Positions 47,578 to 57,156 of a stretch of 64,000 nt of DNA are shown piece after piece. This stretch comes from Candidatus Omnitrophota bacterium. GTDB taxonomy: Bacteria > Omnitrophota > Gorgyraeia > DTHP01. The stretch covers positions 16,973-80,972 of the forward strand of contig JAMWCW010000006.1 in NCBI GenBank assembly GCA_023819145.1. Direction: 5' to 3'. The position numbers and the translations under genes were made by a program. The notes beneath the pieces are model-generated. The model was not told where the DNA came from. It saw only the letters and a list, made by a program, of their open reading frames with translations, and searched no databases. How positions within the stretch are numbered: position 1 is the stretch's first letter; each line of letters opens with the position of its first letter.

Positions 47578-48278
47578 AGTATTCTCCCCGCCTTAAGAAA
47601 ATAATATTCACTTGCCAATAACAAAAGCCAAGCAAAAATTTTTCTTATCTTCATTAGCCATCTACCGGATTTAGGAAGGCTGGCCAATATTCCTGAAAAC
47701 GTTCCCACAATAATCATAATCAACCCCATGCCATATGCAAAAACAAAAAGGAGACTCATCCCCAAAAAAATATTTCTCTTAATTGCCACAGATAAAAGAA
47801 TTGCGCCCAACACTGGAGTAGTGCATGGACTGATAACTAACGCCGAAACCATGCCCACAAAAAGCGCACCTAAAAAACCTTTTTTCTCAACCTCCCATCT
47901 TTTTTCTTTTAGAAATCTTGGAATAGGAAGTTCAAATACTCCAAATAAAGAAAGACTAAAAAGTAAGCAAAAATTGCCCACGATAACGTAGCTTAAGGGG
48001 TGTTGAGTCAACTCTCCAAATACTTTTCCTGTAAGTACTGCTCCTATACCTAATAAAGAATAAACTACTGCAAAACCAAGGACATAAAAAATACTTAAAA
48101 AGAACCCTCTAAACTTTGAACCTATACTATGACTACCAATATAGCCTACAGTCACAGGAATTAAAGGATATACACAAGGAGTAAAACTCATCAAAACACC
48201 CCCTAAAAATGCTAAGATATAGGTAAGGAGTGATATATTTACAAGGTATCTTTCAAAATTATGGAGCATATCTAACAT
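47574..48278 (-). CDS. ccdA: Cytochrome c biogenesis/thiol-disulfide electron transporter CcdA (DsbD TM-domain family)
   Basis: 234 aa, six TM segments, conserved Cys in TM1 (FTPCVYPLIP) and TM4 (ISPCTTPVLG). Confidence 0.8.
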   Translation of the reverse strand: MLDMLHNFERYLVNISLLTYILAFLGGVLMSFTPCVYPLIPVTVGYIGSHSIGSKFRGFFLSIFYVLGFAVVYSLLGIGAVLTGKVFGELTQHPLSYVIVGNFCLLFSLSLFGVFELPIPRFLKEKRWEVEKKGFLGALFVGMVSALVISPCTTPVLGAILLSVAIKRNIFLGMSLLFVFAYGMGLIMIIVGTFSGILASLPKSGRWLMKIRKIFAWLLLLASEYYFLKAGRIL

Positions 48279-48345
48279 CTCTAAGAGAAACTTAATTATT
48301 ATAGGATTTCCATCCTATTTATAACTTTAAACTGTCAACTTATTC

Positions 48346-49323
48346 CTAAATTATTTCCTGACGCAATTTCTCAATCCCTACACGATTCAGAATATTTGCT
48401 AAACGCTCTCCTTTTTTTGCTTCTTTAACATAGAAATTAAGAGTCTTTTTTATCGCATTAAGCGCCTGTTTCTCATCTAAAAAATTGGCGATTTTTCTTC
48501 CTAACTGCGGAAACCTTCCCCATTTTCCTCCCACATACATTGCTAACCCAAAGAGTTTTATCTGCCAAGCACTTTGGGGACAATTGAGAATACAGAGACC
48601 ACAATACACACATTTTGACTCCTCTAATTCAATCTCTTTCTTACGCGGATGAATCTTGATTGCATCGGTAGGACAAATTCCTTCACAGGTTCTACAGAAA
48701 TTACATTTCTCTTTATGCCATTCAGGCATTACCTGCCCACAGAAACCAATCTCATTTTCTTGTGCTCTTGCACAGGAATTAGTACAACCAGAGATACTAA
48801 TACGAAATTTGTGGGGCAGACTAATTTTATTTTTTATACGGGTTTCCAAAACCTCGCGATTTATCTCTGGAATTGTTAACCCTTTCTCTGCCTCGGCATC
48901 CCAAGAAAAAATTTCTATCTCTTCCTTACCATAAAATTCCCGTTCAATCTGTTCTGCAAGATTAAGTGTGTCAACCCATGCCCAAGGACACCAACGATTT
49001 CCCGGACAGGAAACTACTGCCCTCACTCTTGAACCACTCACACTTATACTCAAGTTAACCTTCTCTAATTCTTCCTTAACCAAAAGAAGGTTATCCCGAT
49101 GGACATAAGGAATTTCTATGCCTTGGCGTGGAGTAAGATGCACAAACCCCTGGCCATAATTCTTAGCCAATTCCGAAAGCTTTGCGAGTTGTTCCGAACT
49201 TAACATACCTAAAGAATTCTTAATTCGCAAACAAAAAAAATCTTTCTGTCTCTGTCTTAAGTAAGCCCATTGCTTTAACTCCACAGGACTAATTCTAAAA
49301 CTCTCTAATTTTTCTCCCTCCAT
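48346..49323 (-). CDS. Small nitrite/sulfite-reductase-family protein with siroheme-[4Fe-4S] site and a 2x[4Fe-4S] ferredoxin insert
   Basis: 325 aa, CPGNRWC...SGCTNSCA (the C-x5-C ... C-x3-C SiR/NiR cluster motif) plus CNFCRTCEGICP and CVYCGLCILNCP. Confidence 0.65.
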   Translation of the reverse strand: MEGEKLESFRISPVELKQWAYLRQRQKDFFCLRIKNSLGMLSSEQLAKLSELAKNYGQGFVHLTPRQGIEIPYVHRDNLLLVKEELEKVNLSISVSGSRVRAVVSCPGNRWCPWAWVDTLNLAEQIEREFYGKEEIEIFSWDAEAEKGLTIPEINREVLETRIKNKISLPHKFRISISGCTNSCARAQENEIGFCGQVMPEWHKEKCNFCRTCEGICPTDAIKIHPRKKEIELEESKCVYCGLCILNCPQSAWQIKLFGLAMYVGGKWGRFPQLGRKIANFLDEKQALNAIKKTLNFYVKEAKKGERLANILNRVGIEKLRQEII

Positions 49324-49386
49324 ATTCTAAAATCTCCTTATTAATTTTTAAGTATTTTACCACAAAGAATGCAAATATCCTAAAGT

Positions 49387-50310
49387 TTATTGCATTATGG
49401 AGATGTATCTTTCTCCCCTGTCCGGGAAAATAACCACTACTTTCTTTGTCTTACTGAGGTTATTTGCTACCTTAAGTGCTGCCCAACAGGCTGCACCTGA
49501 AGAAACCCCTACGAAAATCCCTTCTTCCCAGGCTAATCTTTTAGCAATTTTAAAAGCATCCTCATCAGAAACTCGAACTATTTCATCAATAATCTCTCTG
49601 TTGAGAACGCGGGGTATAAACCCTGCTCCAATTCCTTGAATCTTATGCACACCACTATCCCTTCCCGATAAAACTGCACTTGTTTCCGGTTCGACTGCCA
49701 CAATTCTAATTTTGGGGTTTTTCTTTTTCAAAACTTCCCCTACGCCGGTAATTGTTCCTCCTGTGCCTACTCCTGCTACAAAAGCATCTATTTCTCCTTT
49801 GGTCTGATTCCAGATTTCTTGGGCAGTCATCCTCCGATGCGCCTCGGGGTTTGCTGAATTATTAAACTGCTGGGGCATAAAACTGTTGGGTATTTTTTTC
49901 AGAAGTTCCTCTGCTTTTCTTATTGCCCCCTGCATCCCCGCGTCTCCGGGAGTAAGTATTACCTCTGCTCCGTAGGATTCAAGAATACATCTTCTCTCTA
50001 AACTCATTGTTTCGGGCATCGTAAGAATGCATTTATACCCTTTTACTGCACAGACCATAGCCAAACCGATTCCTGTATTGCCGCTGGTGGGTTCAATCAC
50101 TGTCCCGCCAGGCTTAAGCATTCCCTCCTCCTCTGCCACCTCAATCATCATAAGACATATTCTATCTTTTATGCTTCCACCAGGATTAAAACTTTCTAAT
50201 TTTGCTAAAACCTGGGCATGTTCTAAATCAACAATTTTATTCAATCTTACCAGAGGAGTCTGGCCAATCAACTCCAGAACATTCTTAGCTATCTTATCTC
50301 CGAAAGGCAT
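49387..50310 (-). CDS. cysK: Cysteine synthase (O-acetyl/O-phosphoserine sulfhydrylase)
   Basis: 307 aa, PLP lysine motif NPGGSIKDR, GTGGT loop. Confidence 0.88.
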   Translation of the reverse strand: MPFGDKIAKNVLELIGQTPLVRLNKIVDLEHAQVLAKLESFNPGGSIKDRICLMMIEVAEEEGMLKPGGTVIEPTSGNTGIGLAMVCAVKGYKCILTMPETMSLERRCILESYGAEVILTPGDAGMQGAIRKAEELLKKIPNSFMPQQFNNSANPEAHRRMTAQEIWNQTKGEIDAFVAGVGTGGTITGVGEVLKKKNPKIRIVAVEPETSAVLSGRDSGVHKIQGIGAGFIPRVLNREIIDEIVRVSDEDAFKIAKRLAWEEGIFVGVSSGAACWAALKVANNLSKTKKVVVIFPDRGERYISIMQ

Positions 50311-50716
50311 TTTGACCTCCTTGTATCTTCATCTTTTCTTCTTCTATTTTATCTCCATTGATTCTGTAAACCCGAATTTCAGGATTATTAAAATTTTTTA
50401 GCGAAACAATAAGATAAAAAAAATCAGGATAAAATGCAAGTTCTCTGTCTCTGCTTGAGGGATAAGCTGAACCGTCGGGGTGAGAATGATATATCCCTAA
50501 TATTTTCATTTTTAACTTTTCTGTTTCTTTGAATGCTTTTAATTGCTCTTTCGCATCAGCAAGGAATCTAGTAGAGTCTTTTTCGATATTGGGAAGGGCA
50601 AAAATTTTTTCTGCCTTGTCATTCCTACCTACAAATATCCCGCATGCTTCTAAAGGGAATTCTTTCTTACAGTGTTTAATTATCTTTTCCAAAACTTTTC
50701 TTTCTAAAACCAACAT
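50294..50716 (-). CDS. JAMM/MPN+ metalloprotease (Mec+/CysO-hydrolase-like)
   Basis: 140 aa, E...HSHPDGSAYPSSRD JAMM motif. Confidence 0.8.
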   Translation of the reverse strand: MLVLERKVLEKIIKHCKKEFPLEACGIFVGRNDKAEKIFALPNIEKDSTRFLADAKEQLKAFKETEKLKMKILGIYHSHPDGSAYPSSRDRELAFYPDFFYLIVSLKNFNNPEIRVYRINGDKIEEEKMKIQGGQNAFRR

Positions 50717-50717
50717 T

Positions 50718-51158
50718 TTAAATAGTGTAGATTAAAAGTTTCTTTTTTGATCTAATTTCATTGACCAAATCCTCAAAACTTACACTGTCAATAACCTCTT
50801 CAGTCTTTTTAGTAACATCTTTCCATATTCTGCGAAAAACACAACTGTTTATTTCCTGGCATCCTTTATATCCTTCATCTACACAGGCAATTGGTTCGAT
50901 GGCTCCTTCCATAAAACGTACCACCTCACCCAGTTTTATCTGCGAAGGATGTCGCGCCAAAAAGTAACCTCCCACACTCCCTCTTTTACTTTCTACAAAT
51001 CCTCCTCTTTTTAACTCCCTTAATATCTGCTCTAAAAACTTTTCCGGTATATCCAAACGGCTACTTAATTTAGAAATGGTCTCTACTCTGTCGCCATAGT
51101 GTAGCGCCAATTCCAAAACTGTCTTCAGTGCATAATCTCCTTTATAGGTTATTTTCAT
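50718..51158 (-). CDS. Rrf2-family transcriptional regulator (IscR/CymR-like)
   Basis: 146 aa, N-terminal winged HTH typical of Rrf2, three Cys (C92, C101, C106) in cluster-ligand positions. Confidence 0.8.
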   Translation of the reverse strand: MKITYKGDYALKTVLELALHYGDRVETISKLSSRLDIPEKFLEQILRELKRGGFVESKRGSVGGYFLARHPSQIKLGEVVRFMEGAIEPIACVDEGYKGCQEINSCVFRRIWKDVTKKTEEVIDSVSFEDLVNEIRSKKKLLIYTI

Positions 51159-51365
51159 AATTTATATAATCTCTATTGACTTAGTAGAGTATAGATAAAA
51201 AAAGTAAAACTGTCAAGGATAAATTAAATACTACTCCTTTTTTGTAGTCAAAAATAAACAGGAGACTTTCTAAACACCTCTTATTAGAAATTTGTCCCTT
51301 CCTTTAATTACAGATTCTCATAGAAAACCCCTTTATTATTGAGGCATCTGAGATTGTAAATTCCA

Positions 51366-51395
51366 TTGACTTCCTGAATATCTCTATATTATAAT
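51366..51395 (+). promoter_or_regulatory. Sigma-70-like promoter for the rnf operon
   Basis: TTGACT (51366-51371), an 18-nt spacer, then TATAAT (51390-51395). It lies 45 nt upstream of the rnfC ATG. Confidence 0.5.
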
Positions 51396-51440
51396 AAATC
51401 AAAATTTTTGTGCTTTAACAACAATAACTGAGTGTAGAAA

Positions 51441-52745
51441 ATGTTTTTTAAAAAAACATTCCCAGGGGGAATACATCCCCCTACCTATAAGAACCTAACC
51501 CAAAATTATCCCCTTGAGGAAATACCCTCTCCCCAGAAAGTGGTCTTACCTCTCATCCAGCATAGCGGTAGCCCCGCTGAACCTTTAGTTAAACCCGAAG
51601 AAGTGGTAAGCATGGGACAGAAAATTGCTTCCTCGGATAAATATATCTCCGCACCCATTCATGCCTCTATCTCTGGAAAAGTTTCCAAAATAGATTATTT
51701 CAACCACCCTATCCTGGGTAAGTCTTTAGCGATTTTTATTGAAGATACAGGAGTTCACCCAGATTTTATACCATTTACCAAAGAAAATCCCGAGAATTTA
51801 TCTCCCCCAGAGTTAAAAAAAATAATTCAGGAAGCCGGTATTGTGGGTTTAGGAGGAGCGGGGTTTCCTACGCACGTTAAACTCTCATCTCCCAAGCCCA
51901 TCGACACATTAATCCTCAATGCCGCAGAATGCGAGCCATATCTTACTTGCGATGAGCGACTTTTGCAAGAAAAACCAATCGAAGTCTTTAAAGGTTTAGA
52001 AATTATTATAAAAATAATCTCTCCAAAGAGTGTTTTCATAGGAATTGAAGATAATAAGAAAGAGTTAATAAAAACCATAGAGGAAAATCTCCATAAACTT
52101 GGATTAAATAAAATAAAAACCTTCATTTTAAAAACTAAATATCCTCAGGGAGGAGAAAAACAACTCATTAAAGCAATAACTGGACGTATCGTCCCTTCGG
52201 GAGGACTCCCTTTTGATGTCGGAACATTAGTCCACAATGTGGGAACTGTCTTTGCTGTATACGAAGCAGTTTATTTAGGAAAGCCCCTCTATGAAAGAAT
52301 AATCACTATATCGGGAAAGGCAATTAAGAAACGAGGAAACTTCAAAGTAAAAATGGGTACTTTACTTTCTGACATCGTCGAATATTGTGGAGGATTTATT
52401 AAAGAACCTAAAAAAATAATCTTCGGAGGCCCAATGATGGGAATTGCTCAATGGAGTTTAGATACCCCCATAATAAAAGGAACCTCCGGTGTTTTATTTC
52501 TTACTGATGAAGAACTAAACTTAGAAAATTCAACCGCCTGTATCCGTTGTGGAAAATGTATTGAAGTATGCCCGATGCAGATTATGCCTGCTTCTATTGG
52601 TTTAGCCGGAGAATATAATAAATGGAATATTGCAAAAGAATATTCACCGTTAGATTGTATTGAATGTGGCGCTTGTAGCTACATTTGTCCCACAAGAAGA
52701 GATTTAGTGCAATTTATAAAATTAGCAAAACAATTTACTCGTTAA
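51441..52745 (+). CDS. rnfC: Rnf electron transport complex subunit C
   Basis: 434 aa, NADH-binding GGAGFP, two 4Fe-4S motifs CIRCGKCIEVCP and CIECGACSYICP. Confidence 0.9.
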   Translation: MFFKKTFPGGIHPPTYKNLTQNYPLEEIPSPQKVVLPLIQHSGSPAEPLVKPEEVVSMGQKIASSDKYISAPIHASISGKVSKIDYFNHPILGKSLAIFIEDTGVHPDFIPFTKENPENLSPPELKKIIQEAGIVGLGGAGFPTHVKLSSPKPIDTLILNAAECEPYLTCDERLLQEKPIEVFKGLEIIIKIISPKSVFIGIEDNKKELIKTIEENLHKLGLNKIKTFILKTKYPQGGEKQLIKAITGRIVPSGGLPFDVGTLVHNVGTVFAVYEAVYLGKPLYERIITISGKAIKKRGNFKVKMGTLLSDIVEYCGGFIKEPKKIIFGGPMMGIAQWSLDTPIIKGTSGVLFLTDEELNLENSTACIRCGKCIEVCPMQIMPASIGLAGEYNKWNIAKEYSPLDCIECGACSYICPTRRDLVQFIKLAKQFTR

Positions 52746-52807
52746 TTTCGTTAAACTCGTTCACCAAGCTTAACGAGCGAACCTAGTTTTAATGACCTAA
52801 ACTAAAA

Positions 52808-53767
52808 ATGAATAGTCTTATAGTTTCTGTATCTCCACACATAAAGACTAAGGACTCCTGCAAAAGGATTATGTGGTCGGTAGTTTTAGCACTTATTCCC
52901 ACAGGATGTGCGGGGGTCTTTATTTTTGGCTTATCTGCTTTGAAAGTAATTATTGTTTCTTTAATCACTGCTCTTTTAACGGAAGCGATTATTCAGAAAT
53001 TAAGACATAAAAAAACAACCATTTCTGATGGTTCTTGTTTTATTACGGGACTCCTTCTTGCCTACAACCTTCCTCCATCGGTCCCCTGGTGGATCCCTGC
53101 GCTTGGAAGTTTCTTTGCAATCGCCATCGTCAAACATTCATTTGGAGGGTTAGGACACAATATCTTTAATCCCGCTTTAGCCGGAAGAGCTTTTCTCGTC
53201 GCTTCCTCACCGCGTTTCATGACTAACTGGACTCCACCACGTTGGCAAATAGACACTTTAACCACCGCCACACCACTAGGAATTATAAAAGAAAAAATTT
53301 CTCACCCCCTTCCTTCTTATCTACAGCTTTTCCTTGGAGACCGTGGGGGATGCATTGGCGAGGTGTGTATCTTGGCAATTATTTGCGGAGCTCTCTTTCT
53401 TCTTTGTAAAGGTTATATCCACTGGTATACTCCTTTCACTTTTATCTTTACTTTAGGAATTCTCAGTTGGATGTTTATGGGGAACACACTATTTAAAGGC
53501 AACTGGTTATTTCATCTTCTAAGCGGTGGGTTATTCTTGGGAGCATTCTTTATGGCGACTGACTATGTAACTACTCCTTTAACCCGAAGGGGACAGATTA
53601 TTTTTGGCTTTGGTTGTGGTATCTTAACCTTTTTAATCCGTAAATTTGGAGGGTATCCGGAAGGAGTATCTTATTCTATCCTTATCATGAATGCTTTTAC
53701 TCCTCTAATTGACAGATACACAAAAACTAAAAAATTTGGATATACAAAAACTCCAAACCCTAAATAA
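52808..53767 (+). CDS. rnfD: Rnf complex subunit D
   Basis: 319 aa, polytopic NqrB/RnfD family. Confidence 0.88.
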   Translation: MNSLIVSVSPHIKTKDSCKRIMWSVVLALIPTGCAGVFIFGLSALKVIIVSLITALLTEAIIQKLRHKKTTISDGSCFITGLLLAYNLPPSVPWWIPALGSFFAIAIVKHSFGGLGHNIFNPALAGRAFLVASSPRFMTNWTPPRWQIDTLTTATPLGIIKEKISHPLPSYLQLFLGDRGGCIGEVCILAIICGALFLLCKGYIHWYTPFTFIFTLGILSWMFMGNTLFKGNWLFHLLSGGLFLGAFFMATDYVTTPLTRRGQIIFGFGCGILTFLIRKFGGYPEGVSYSILIMNAFTPLIDRYTKTKKFGYTKTPNPK

Positions 53768-53782
53768 TGGATTTGGGAAATT

Positions 53783-54352
53783 TTGAATTGTTTAGAGTTT
53801 AGAACTTCGTGTTTAACTGAAATGGTTAGGTTTGGTATAATTTTAATGTTGGTGTGTCTAACTGCGTCTCTTATTCTCTCTTTCACTTATAAAAAAACTA
53901 ATCCTTTAATTATTATACAGAAAGAAAAGGAAGAGAAGGAAGCATTAAGCACTGTCTATCCCGAAGGTGAAAATTTTAAAAAATTGGATAACCACTATTT
54001 AGTATATAAAGATGAGAAACCCATCGGGTTTGTTATAAGGGTTTCTGCAAAAGGATATGCAGGACCAATTGAAATGCTTGTCGGGTTTAATCAGGAAGGC
54101 ACGATTCAAGGAGTTAATGTCCTGGAACAGAAAGAAACTCCTGGTTTGGGAGCTAGAATCTCTGAGGTAAAATATGGGGAAAAAGAACCATGGTTTTTAT
54201 CCCAGTTTAAGCATAAAAACATAAAAGAATTAAACTTGTCCAAAATAAATGCTATTTCTGGAGCCACAATTTCTAGTCGAGCGATAATAGAAGGAGTAAG
54301 AAAAAATATCGAAGAATTTTTAAAAGGACAAACTCTAAACCTCAAACAATAA
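53783..54352 (+). CDS. rnfG: Rnf complex subunit G (FMN-binding)
   Basis: 189 aa, N-terminal TM, FMN-bind domain with SGAT(I)SS flavinylation motif. Confidence 0.85.
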   Translation: MNCLEFRTSCLTEMVRFGIILMLVCLTASLILSFTYKKTNPLIIIQKEKEEKEALSTVYPEGENFKKLDNHYLVYKDEKPIGFVIRVSAKGYAGPIEMLVGFNQEGTIQGVNVLEQKETPGLGARISEVKYGEKEPWFLSQFKHKNIKELNLSKINAISGATISSRAIIEGVRKNIEEFLKGQTLNLKQ

Positions 54353-54362
54353 ACTCTAAATT

Positions 54363-55010
54363 ATGATGAACTTATGGCAAGAATTTAAAAAAGGAATAAC
54401 CATTCAAAATCCTACCTTTGGCTTAATCCTAGGGTTATGTCCTACTTTAGCAGTTTCTACTAATGTAATCAATGCCGTAGGTATGGGAATAGCAGCGTCT
54501 TTTGTGCTCTTAGGCTCAAATGTAATTATTTCTTCTGTACGCCGTATTATTCCCCAAGAGATAAGAATACCCTGTTACATCGTGATTATTGCTACCTTTG
54601 TTACTATTACCGAGTTGGTAATGAAAGCTTTCGTGCCTGCCCTAAGCAAATCCTTAGGAATCTTTATCCCCCTCATTGTAGTAAATTGTATTGTTATGGC
54701 AAGAGCAGAAGCATTTGCCTCTAAAAATTCTATCATCCTCTCTATCTTTGATGCTCTTGGGATGGGATTAGGTTTTACTCTGGCCCTTACTCTCATCGCC
54801 AGCATCAGAGAAATATTGGGTAATGGAACTTTTTTAGGCATACCCCTTATAAATAATTTTTCCCCTTTAATTATTATGATACTTGCTCCCGGCGCACTTT
54901 TAACTATTGGACTTTTAATCGGTTTAACTAATTGGATAAAGTTAAAAAATCAGAAAACCGAATATCAAAAACCGAAAAGATTTAAATGTGCCTCTTGTTT
55001 TAAAATTTAA
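54363..55010 (+). CDS. rnfE: Rnf complex subunit E
   Basis: 215 aa, NqrD/RnfE family membrane protein. Confidence 0.88.
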   Translation: MMNLWQEFKKGITIQNPTFGLILGLCPTLAVSTNVINAVGMGIAASFVLLGSNVIISSVRRIIPQEIRIPCYIVIIATFVTITELVMKAFVPALSKSLGIFIPLIVVNCIVMARAEAFASKNSIILSIFDALGMGLGFTLALTLIASIREILGNGTFLGIPLINNFSPLIIMILAPGALLTIGLLIGLTNWIKLKNQKTEYQKPKRFKCASCFKI

Positions 55011-55050
55011 ATATTTAGATTTTTTGCGACATTTCGGATTTTAACAGAAT

Positions 55051-55653
55051 ATGACTCAGTATATAATGATTGTTATTGGCGCAATATTTATCAACAACTT
55101 TATTCTTACGCGTTTCTTAGGGCTTTGTCCTTTCATTGGCGTATCCAAAGAGACTAAACCCGCCTTATCAATGGGACTGGCAGTAACTTTTGTTATGACT
55201 ATGGCTTCTCTAATCACTTGGTTAATATACAGATTTGTCCTTATACCCTATGACCTCATTTATCTACGCACCATTTCTTTTATTCTCGTTATCGCTACCT
55301 TTGTTCAATTGGTAGAAATTTTTATTCGTAAATTCTCTCCTGTTCTTTTTCGTGCTTTTGGAATATATCTTCCGTTAATTACAACCAACTGCGCGGTTTT
55401 AGGAGTAGCGCTTTTAAATAGCGAAATGTTTTTTAAAGAGAAGGAAATATTAAAAAATAGTTTTTCTTATTCACTTTTGCAGGGTTTTTCTGCAGGAATT
55501 GGATTCACTTTAGCAATACTTCTCATGTCAGGAATAAGGGAACGTTTAGAATTGGCAGAAATTCCTGAACCACTAAAAAATATCCCTATTGCCTTTATTG
55601 TTGCAGGTTTAATGTCTATTGCGTTCTTAGGGTTTTCCGGGTTTAAACTATAA
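55051..55653 (+). CDS. rnfA: Rnf complex subunit A
   Basis: 200 aa, NqrE/RnfA family membrane protein. Confidence 0.88.
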   Translation: MTQYIMIVIGAIFINNFILTRFLGLCPFIGVSKETKPALSMGLAVTFVMTMASLITWLIYRFVLIPYDLIYLRTISFILVIATFVQLVEIFIRKFSPVLFRAFGIYLPLITTNCAVLGVALLNSEMFFKEKEILKNSFSYSLLQGFSAGIGFTLAILLMSGIRERLELAEIPEPLKNIPIAFIVAGLMSIAFLGFSGFKL

Positions 55654-55672
55654 AAATTATAAAGACGCGAAA

Positions 55673-56479
55673 ATGTTAGTACCAATTTTAACTTTAAGCA
55701 TCTTGGGTTTATTGTTTGGGATCGGACTCAGTCTTGCCTTTAAAGTCTTCAAAGTTGAAGAAGACCCAAACATCGGGAAAATTCTGGAATTCTTACCTGG
55801 AGCAAACTGTGGCGCCTGCGGTTATGCAGGATGTTTCGGTCTAGCCGAGGCAATTGCTAAAGGAAAAGCTTCGCCTATTTCCTGTGCTCCAGCAAATACC
55901 GAAGCAAAGCAAAAAATATCCGCAATTTTAGGAAAGGAACTAAAAGAAGAAACTAAATTAGTGGCTACCCTTATCTGTAACGGTGGCGGTATTGCTACCG
56001 ATAAATTTATTTATCAGGGGACATATTCTTGTATAGCAGCTAACCTTTTATCCGGTGGTCAAAAGACTTGTCCCTACGGCTGTTTGGGTTTTGGCGATTG
56101 CGAAAAGGTGTGTCCTTTTGGAGCAATCTATATAGATAGAGATAAGCAATTACCAGTAATTAACGAAACAAAATGTACTGCCTGCGGATTATGTATAAAA
56201 GCATGTCCTAAAAAAATCCTTGTTTTAAGGCCGATGGATAAAAAAATTTATGTAATGTGTAACTCCCTTGATAAAGGATTTTTGGTAAGCAAATACTGCA
56301 AAAATGGATGCATTGGCTGTCTTAAATGCGAAAAAGTGTGCCCTTCAGATGCTATCCATGTAAAGAATAACCTTGCCTTAATTGACTATGCGAAATGCAC
56401 TCAGTGCGGAGAATGCGTAAAAGTCTGTCCTACCAAAGTAATACATCCTTCAAATACACTTCTTAAAGAAAAAGATTAA
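55673..56479 (+). CDS. rnfB: Rnf complex subunit B (polyferredoxin)
   Basis: 268 aa, N-terminal TM, CxxCGxxGC motif, several CxxCxxCxxxCP clusters. Confidence 0.88.
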   Translation: MLVPILTLSILGLLFGIGLSLAFKVFKVEEDPNIGKILEFLPGANCGACGYAGCFGLAEAIAKGKASPISCAPANTEAKQKISAILGKELKEETKLVATLICNGGGIATDKFIYQGTYSCIAANLLSGGQKTCPYGCLGFGDCEKVCPFGAIYIDRDKQLPVINETKCTACGLCIKACPKKILVLRPMDKKIYVMCNSLDKGFLVSKYCKNGCIGCLKCEKVCPSDAIHVKNNLALIDYAKCTQCGECVKVCPTKVIHPSNTLLKEKD

Positions 56480-56569
56480 ACTTTTGCACATCTGCATATC
56501 AAAAAAACCAGAAGAGGAAATTTAAGCCCAGAGCTGTGGGTTGCTAATTCTATCCCTTAAAAAAATTAA

Positions 56570-56640
56570 GCCGAGAGTGGGATTTGAACCCACGACCCAT
56601 GGTTTACGAAACCATTGCTCTACCACTGAGCTATCTCGGC
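56570..56640 (-). tRNA. tRNA-Thr (anticodon CGU)
   Basis: Hand-folded: GCCGAGA-TA-GCTC-AGTGGT-AGAGC-A-ATGGT-TTCGTAA-ACCAT-GGGTC-GTGGG-TTCAAAT-CCCAC-TCTCGGC. The T-loop is canonical. Confidence 0.8.
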
Positions 56641-56675
56641 AAAAAGGCACAGGACTACTTCTCAATTATACCCGT

Positions 56676-57068
56676 TTACCAGTTTTTATACCTTTTAGCC
56701 TGCGAAAAAATTTTCCCCGTACTTGCATTATAAACAAAATGTCTATTCCAGGGGTCTATGGGGAAACTATCCTTATCTAGCCGCTGATGTTGTAAATAAG
56801 GCCTTTTATACATCTCGTGGCTAAACTTTGTCCAAAAGATTTCTCTATCAATTAATTCCCGAATATCATCGGGATATTTTCCATTAAATCCTTTATACAC
56901 GTTAAGCGCAATGCGCATGTTGCGAAGTTCTGCTTGTAAAACCATCTCTTTTGCTTTAGTCACCCAAAAATAAAAATAACAAAGAAAAACAAAAGCTAAG
57001 AAAAAAATTATTCCCAAAACAACAGATAACTCCAGGGCACTACTTCTTCGGATGCTAAACGTTAGCAT
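56676..57068 (-). CDS. GspG/PulG-like pseudopilin-domain protein with a non-canonical leader
   Basis: 130 aa, a hydrophobic N-terminal helix, then LRNMRIALNVYKGFNGKYPDDIREL...IDPWNRHFVY, which matches the T2SS/T4P major pseudopilin G fold (DPWG..Y.Y). Confidence 0.5.
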   Translation of the reverse strand: MLTFSIRRSSALELSVVLGIIFFLAFVFLCYFYFWVTKAKEMVLQAELRNMRIALNVYKGFNGKYPDDIRELIDREIFWTKFSHEMYKRPYLQHQRLDKDSFPIDPWNRHFVYNASTGKIFSQAKRYKNW

Positions 57069-57156
57069 AATGTAGTTTATTTTAACCTAAAAAAGGTAGG
57101 AATTCTATATAAAATGCGCCCTTCTGTAATCGAAAGTTAAATATTCCTAGAGCCTC

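Noticed and set aside
56541-56780. ORF-track protein MLILSLKKIKPRVGFEPTTHGLRNHCSTTELSRQ...
   Set aside because: It is a read-through of tRNA-Thr on the opposite strand. The VGFEPTT and HCSTTEL peptides are the well-known translation artefact of tRNA T-arm and D-arm sequence. It is not a gene.
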